NCBI GenBank assembly: GCA_963836285.1
Contig: CAWIIN010000001.1
Location: 482,080-546,079 of the forward strand
Length of the DNA: 64,000 nt
DNA from: an uncultured Acidobacteriota bacterium
Lineage (GTDB): Bacteria; Acidobacteriota; Thermoanaerobaculia; UBA5066
Direction: 5' to 3'
Made by a program: the position numbers and the translations under genes. Positions 59,791 to 64,000 of the stretch are shown here, in pieces (within the stretch, counting starts at the first letter, position 1; every line of letters starts with the position of its first letter). The notes under the pieces are model-generated. The model saw only the letters and a program-made list of their open reading frames with translations, ran no database searches and was not told the DNA's origin.

Positions 59791-60345
59791 CTAGCTGTAG
59801 AGCTGCTCGCGGGGCGGACGGACGGTCACGTCCTCGGGGTGCTCCCGCGCCACCTTCTGGACGACGAGGCAGTTCCAGCAGACCGGCGCGTGCGTCCGGA
59901 AGAGGTCGGGCAGGGTCTCGGGCGCGACGTCCGGCCACCCGACGACCCGCCCGTCCGGAGCGCGCAGGCCCGGTCGCTGCTCGGCCCACGCGACGTCGTG
60001 GATCGGGCGGCCGCAGAACGAGCAGCTCTTTCCGGCGTACCAGTTCGCGACGAGCGTCCTCACGAGGCACTCGTCCGGGCCCTTCTCGATCTGCTTGAGG
60101 CACTCCTGACCGCAGCCCTGCTTTTCCGGCCAGCGCGAGCACTCCGAAAGGCGGAGCGCCTCGTGCCCGGTCAGGACGCCGGCCGCGGCCCGAAGCCCGT
60201 CCACGCGCACGGCCGCGGGCTTTTCGTTCTCCGGGCACGTGATGAGGCGCCGCCGTCTCCAGGCGATCCAGGCCGTTCCGAGGACGGCCCCGACCAGGAC
60301 GAGCGCGAAGAGTGCCACGAGGAGCGCGGCCGTGGTCATGGACAT
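59791..60345 (-). CDS. membrane-anchored Cys-rich hypothetical protein
   Basis: This is the tail of track ORF 59791..62124, starting at the ATG at 60345. The protein reads MSMTTAALLVALFALVLVGAVLG (TM helix). CPEN.., CSRWPEKQGCGQEC, CSFCGRP and CWNC motifs follow. Confidence 0.5.
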   Translation of the reverse strand: MSMTTAALLVALFALVLVGAVLGTAWIAWRRRRLITCPENEKPAAVRVDGLRAAAGVLTGHEALRLSECSRWPEKQGCGQECLKQIEKGPDECLVRTLVANWYAGKSCSFCGRPIHDVAWAEQRPGLRAPDGRVVGWPDVAPETLPDLFRTHAPVCWNCLVVQKVAREHPEDVTVRPPREQLYS

Positions 60346-60477
60346 GGGACACCCCCCGCTCAGCTTCGGATCGGCAGGGGCCCGTGGCCATGATGCGCCG
60401 GAATCAGGAGCCGCTCTCCTGTATATTGAGCCCCTGAGAACGGGCTGCGGCTCTCGCGCGGCCCTCTCTTTCCCGGC

Positions 60478-62205
60478 ATGAAGGACGTTCCCCGTTTCCT
60501 CGCCTATTTCCGCCGCCGGCCCGGGGTCTACGCCGCCGGATTCGGGACGATGCTCGCCTCGACGGGCCTCTTCCTCGCGATGCCGGGCCTCGTCCGGAGG
60601 GCCATCGAGGAGCTCGGGACGGGCGTCACTTCGGGACGGCTCTTCCGCCTCTCGGCGACGATCGTCCTCCTCGCCGTCGGGGACGCGATCGCGCTCTTCC
60701 TGACCCGGCGCCTCCTCATCGGTGCGTCTCGCGACGTCGAGTACGAGATGCGCCAGGACCTTTTCGCGCACCTCCTGCGGCTGCCGCCCGCGTGGTACCG
60801 GCGAAATCGCGTCGGCGACCTCATGAGCCGCGCCGTGAACGACCTGTCCGCCGTGCGGATGCTGCTCGGGCCCGGGATCATGCAGGCCGGCAACACGCTC
60901 CTCGTCGGCACGTTCTCCCTGATCCTGATGTTCCGCGTTTCGCCGGCCCTGACCGGCGTCGCGCTCGCCGTCTTCCCCGTCATCGCGGTCGCGACGAAGG
61001 TCATGGGACAGGCCACGCACAGGCGGTTCACGAAGATCCAGGAGTTCTTCAGCGAGATCTCGGCGGAAGCGCAGGAGAACTTCACGGGCCAGCGTCTCGT
61101 GCGCGCCTTCGCGCGCGAGACGAGCGAGGAGGCGCGGTTCGACGCGAACAACGAGGAGTTCCGGCGCCGCAACCTCGGTCTCGCACGGCTGAACGCGCTG
61201 TTCTTCCCGCTCCTTCAGTTCCTCGTGGCGCTCGGATTCGCCCTGACGCTCTGGGCGGGCGGGCGGTTCATCCTCGCCGGGAAGCTCACGGTCCCCCGGT
61301 ACGTCGAGTTCAACCTCTACATGATGGAGCTCATCTGGCCCGCGATCGCGCTCGGCTGGGTCGTGAACCTCTGGCAGCGCGGCACGGCGTCCTGGAACCG
61401 GATGATGGACGTCTGGGACGCGACGCCGCTTCCGGAGGAGGCCGAGGGCGGAGAGCCCCTCTCCGGAGACGTCGAGTTCCGCGGCCTCACGTGGGGGTAC
61501 ACGGACCGCCCCGTCCTCGACGACGTGTCGTTCCGGGTGCCGCGCGGCGCGACCGTCGCGATCGTCGGCCGCACCGGCTCGGGCAAGTCGACGCTCCTGA
61601 ATCTCCTCCTGCGCGTCGACGACCCGCCTCCCGGGACGATCTTCGTCGGCGGCCGCGACGTCGCGAAAGAGCCGCTCCCGCTCGTGAGGCGGAGCCTCGC
61701 CGTCGTCCCGCAGGAGACGTTCCTCTTCTCCGACACGCTCGCCGCGAACGTCGCGTTCGCGCGGCCGGACGCCTCCCGCGCCGAGGTCGAGGCCGCCGTC
61801 CTCGCCGCCGGTCTCGCGCCCGACCTCGCGCGCTTCCCGAAGGGCCTCGACACGGTCGTCGGCGAGCGCGGGATCACGCTCTCGGGCGGCCAGAAGCAGC
61901 GCACGGCCCTCGCGCGCGCGCTCCTCTCGGACGCGCCGATCCTCGTCCTCGACGACGCGTTCTCCTCGGTCGACACGGAAACGGAGGCCCGCATTCTCGC
62001 GGGACTGCGCGCCGCGGCGGGCGGCCGCACGGTCTTCCTCGTCTCCCACCGGCTCTCCACGCTTCGCAACGCGGACTTCCTCGTCGTCCTCGACCGCGGC
62101 CGCATCGCCGAGACGGGTACGCACGAGGAGCTCCTCGAAAAGGGCGGCGTCTACGCCGCGATCGCCGAGCGCCAGCGCCTCGCCGAGGAGATGGAGGCCG
62201 CCTGA
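60478..62205 (+). CDS. ABC exporter, fused permease/ATPase (MsbA-like half transporter)
   Basis: 575 aa with a 6-TM domain. It carries Walker A GRTGSGKST, the signature LSGGQKQR and Walker B ILVLDDA. Confidence 0.9.
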   Translation: MKDVPRFLAYFRRRPGVYAAGFGTMLASTGLFLAMPGLVRRAIEELGTGVTSGRLFRLSATIVLLAVGDAIALFLTRRLLIGASRDVEYEMRQDLFAHLLRLPPAWYRRNRVGDLMSRAVNDLSAVRMLLGPGIMQAGNTLLVGTFSLILMFRVSPALTGVALAVFPVIAVATKVMGQATHRRFTKIQEFFSEISAEAQENFTGQRLVRAFARETSEEARFDANNEEFRRRNLGLARLNALFFPLLQFLVALGFALTLWAGGRFILAGKLTVPRYVEFNLYMMELIWPAIALGWVVNLWQRGTASWNRMMDVWDATPLPEEAEGGEPLSGDVEFRGLTWGYTDRPVLDDVSFRVPRGATVAIVGRTGSGKSTLLNLLLRVDDPPPGTIFVGGRDVAKEPLPLVRRSLAVVPQETFLFSDTLAANVAFARPDASRAEVEAAVLAAGLAPDLARFPKGLDTVVGERGITLSGGQKQRTALARALLSDAPILVLDDAFSSVDTETEARILAGLRAAAGGRTVFLVSHRLSTLRNADFLVVLDRGRIAETGTHEELLEKGGVYAAIAERQRLAEEMEAA

Positions 62206-64000
62206 TGGCCGACCACCACGAGGAAGAGGCTCTCGGGACGGCGTTTGAACCGCGGCTCGTGCGCCGGCTCTTCGGCCTCGCGAAGCCCTACCGCGGATAC
62301 GCGGCGGGCGCGCTCGTCATGCTCCTCTTCGAGTCCCTCGCGCAGCTCGCGAGCCCGCTCCTCACGGCGGCGGCGATCGACCTCGTCTTCACGCGGGAGC
62401 GGACGGGCGCCGGTCCCGCCGCGCTGGGAGTCGACCGCTTCTTCCGGCTCTTCGGGATCGACCTCACCGCGGGTCACGGCATCGAGTGGATCGCCGCTCT
62501 CTCGGTCGGCATGGCGCTCCTCGCGTTCGTCCTCATGATGGTCATGGTCTGGTGGACGTCCACGATGGGCCAGGGCGTCATGTTCGACCTGAGGACGCGG
62601 ATCTTCGGGCACCTCCAGCACGCGGACGTCGCCGTCTTCGACCGGACGCCCGTCGGGCGCCTCATGACGCGCCTCACGACGGACGTCGACGCCCTGAACG
62701 AGCTCTTCACGTCCGGCTTCGTCGCGCTGCTCGGCGACGTCGCGGTTCTCACGGGGATCGTCGTCATCCTCTTCGTGCTGAACCCCGCGCTCGCCGCCAT
62801 CACGTTCGGGATCCTCGTCCCGATGCTCTGGGTCACGAACTGGTTCCGCAAGGGCGCGCGCGACACGTACCGCGACGTGCGCGTGAGGATCGCCCGCGTG
62901 AACGCGTTCCTCCAGGAGCACATCTCCGGGATCGCGATCGTCCAGCTCTTCCGGCGCGAGAGAGTCGCGGCGAACGAGTTCGCCGCGGTCAACGACGCCC
63001 ACCGCGCCGCGAACATCCGCTCGATCTTCTACTACTCGGTGTTCTACCCGGCGCTCGACTTCCTGTCCGCGATCGGCATGGCCTCGATCGTCTGGTACGG
63101 CGGCTGGCAGGTCGTCCGCGGGCACATGACGATCGGGGCCGTGGTCGCGTTCCTCCAGTACAGCAAGCGCTTCTACCGGCCCCTCATGGATCTCTCGGAG
63201 AAGTACAACATCCTGCAGGCCGCCATGGCCTCGTCCGAGCGGATCTTCCAGCTCCTCGACGTGCAGCCCGCGGTCGTGGCGCCCGCGGCGCCGTTCGTTT
63301 CCTCGGGGCCCCTCCGCGGCGAGGTCGCGTTCGAGGACGTGCGCTTCTCGTACACGCCGGGCGAGGAGATTCTCAAGGGCGTCTCCTTCCACGTCCCGCC
63401 GGGCCAGACGGTCGCTCTCGTCGGCGCGACCGGCGCCGGCAAGTCCACGATCCTGAACCTCCTCCTGCGCTTCTACGACGTCACGTCGGGGGGCGTCCTC
63501 GTCGACGGGGCGGACGTGAGGCGCTACGAGCCCGTCCGCCTCCGCGAGCACTTCGGCATCGTGCTGCAGGACACGTTCCTCTTCACGGGCACGATCGCCG
63601 AGAACGTGTCGTTCTTCGACCCGGAGATGCCGCGCGCGCGGATCGAGGAGGCGTGCCGCGAGGTCGGCCTCGGGCCGCTCCTCGCGCGGATCCCGGGCGG
63701 GCTCGACGCGAAGCTCACGGAACGCGGCGGCGGCCTGTCCGTCGGCGAGAAGCAGCTCGTCTCCTTCGCGCGCGCCCTCGCGCGCGATCCGAGGATCCTC
63801 ATCCTCGACGAGGCGACGTCCTCCGTCGACCCCGAGACGGAGAAGACGATCGAACGCGCCGTCCAGCGCGTTCTCGCCGGCCGGACGTCGATCGTCGTCG
63901 CGCATCGTCTCTCGACGATCGTGCGCGCCGACCGGATCCTCGTTCTCTCGCACGGCGAGGTGAAGGAGAGCGGCACGCACGCCGAGCTCCTCGAGCAGGG
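62205..64000 (+). CDS. second ABC exporter half transporter (3' end beyond the window)
   Basis: My own translation from the ATG at 62205 (TGATG overlap) reads MADHHEEEALGTAFEPRLVRRLFGLAKPY... It carries Walker A GATGAGKST, the signature LSVGEKQL and Walker B ILILDEA. It is absent from the track because it is open at the window edge. Confidence 0.9.
   Translation, partial: MADHHEEEALGTAFEPRLVRRLFGLAKPYRGYAAGALVMLLFESLAQLASPLLTAAAIDLVFTRERTGAGPAALGVDRFFRLFGIDLTAGHGIEWIAALSVGMALLAFVLMMVMVWWTSTMGQGVMFDLRTRIFGHLQHADVAVFDRTPVGRLMTRLTTDVDALNELFTSGFVALLGDVAVLTGIVVILFVLNPALAAITFGILVPMLWVTNWFRKGARDTYRDVRVRIARVNAFLQEHISGIAIVQLFRRERVAANEFAAVNDAHRAANIRSIFYYSVFYPALDFLSAIGMASIVWYGGWQVVRGHMTIGAVVAFLQYSKRFYRPLMDLSEKYNILQAAMASSERIFQLLDVQPAVVAPAAPFVSSGPLRGEVAFEDVRFSYTPGEEILKGVSFHVPPGQTVALVGATGAGKSTILNLLLRFYDVTSGGVLVDGADVRRYEPVRLREHFGIVLQDTFLFTGTIAENVSFFDPEMPRARIEEACREVGLGPLLARIPGGLDAKLTERGGGLSVGEKQLVSFARALARDPRILILDEATSSVDPETEKTIERAVQRVLAGRTSIVVAHRLSTIVRADRILVLSHGEVKESGTHAELLEQ

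Noticed and set aside
59776-59795. The hairpin GCTAGG-tcggaccg-CCTAGC contains the stop codons of both convergent genes and might be a bidirectional terminator.
   Set aside because: The stem is only 6 bp with an 8-nt loop, and there is no T-tract on either side. It is too weak to call.

Overview
High-GC (roughly 70% by eye, not computed) bacterial chromosomal window. All product calls come from reading motifs in the translations. No database search was possible.

The window is densely packed with housekeeping genes:
- A partial TolC-like efflux gene and small envelope proteins.
- A DprE1/DprE2-like pair, an AlkA-like glycosylase and PBP1A.
- fdhD, an S9 peptidase and recO-glyQ-glyS.
- A futalosine-pathway radical SAM gene, a 1,500+ aa BNR/PKD surface protein, HtrA and TonB.
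- The rimP-nusA-infB-rbfA-nrnA-truB-rpsO-pnp block.
- A GT39-like glycosyltransferase.
- A contiguous alternative complex III (actABCDEF), SCO1 and caa3 oxidase (ctaCDEF) cluster.
- A pair of ABC exporter genes.

Most long R/P/G-rich ORFs in the track are shadow ORFs opposite to, or out of frame with, these genes.

The most unusual signal is a dispersed inverted-repeat element that I cannot assign to any named family.
- Each arm is an AT-rich core, GATTTCTTAGAAGGTGAAGAGGGG. It has a polypurine tract on its outer side and faces a GC-rich variable spacer.
- I count at least 14 loci and about 27 arms in 64 kb.
- Copies lie in intergenic spacers of tightly coupled operons, at gene ends, and in frame inside at least three CDSs. 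This resembles the Rickettsia palindromic elements.

Other points worth a second look:
- A thioredoxin-fold/TPR gene with an in-frame TGA exactly at the first Cys of the WAPW-C-xx-C motif, followed by a hairpin (selenoprotein candidate).
- A Phd/VapC toxin-antitoxin mini-cassette bracketed by a diverged duplication of the truB 3' end, followed by about 600 bp of lower-GC non-coding DNA.
- Two +1 frame breaks in the 3' end of the giant BNR gene.
- A promoter plus leader terminator upstream of rimP-nusA.
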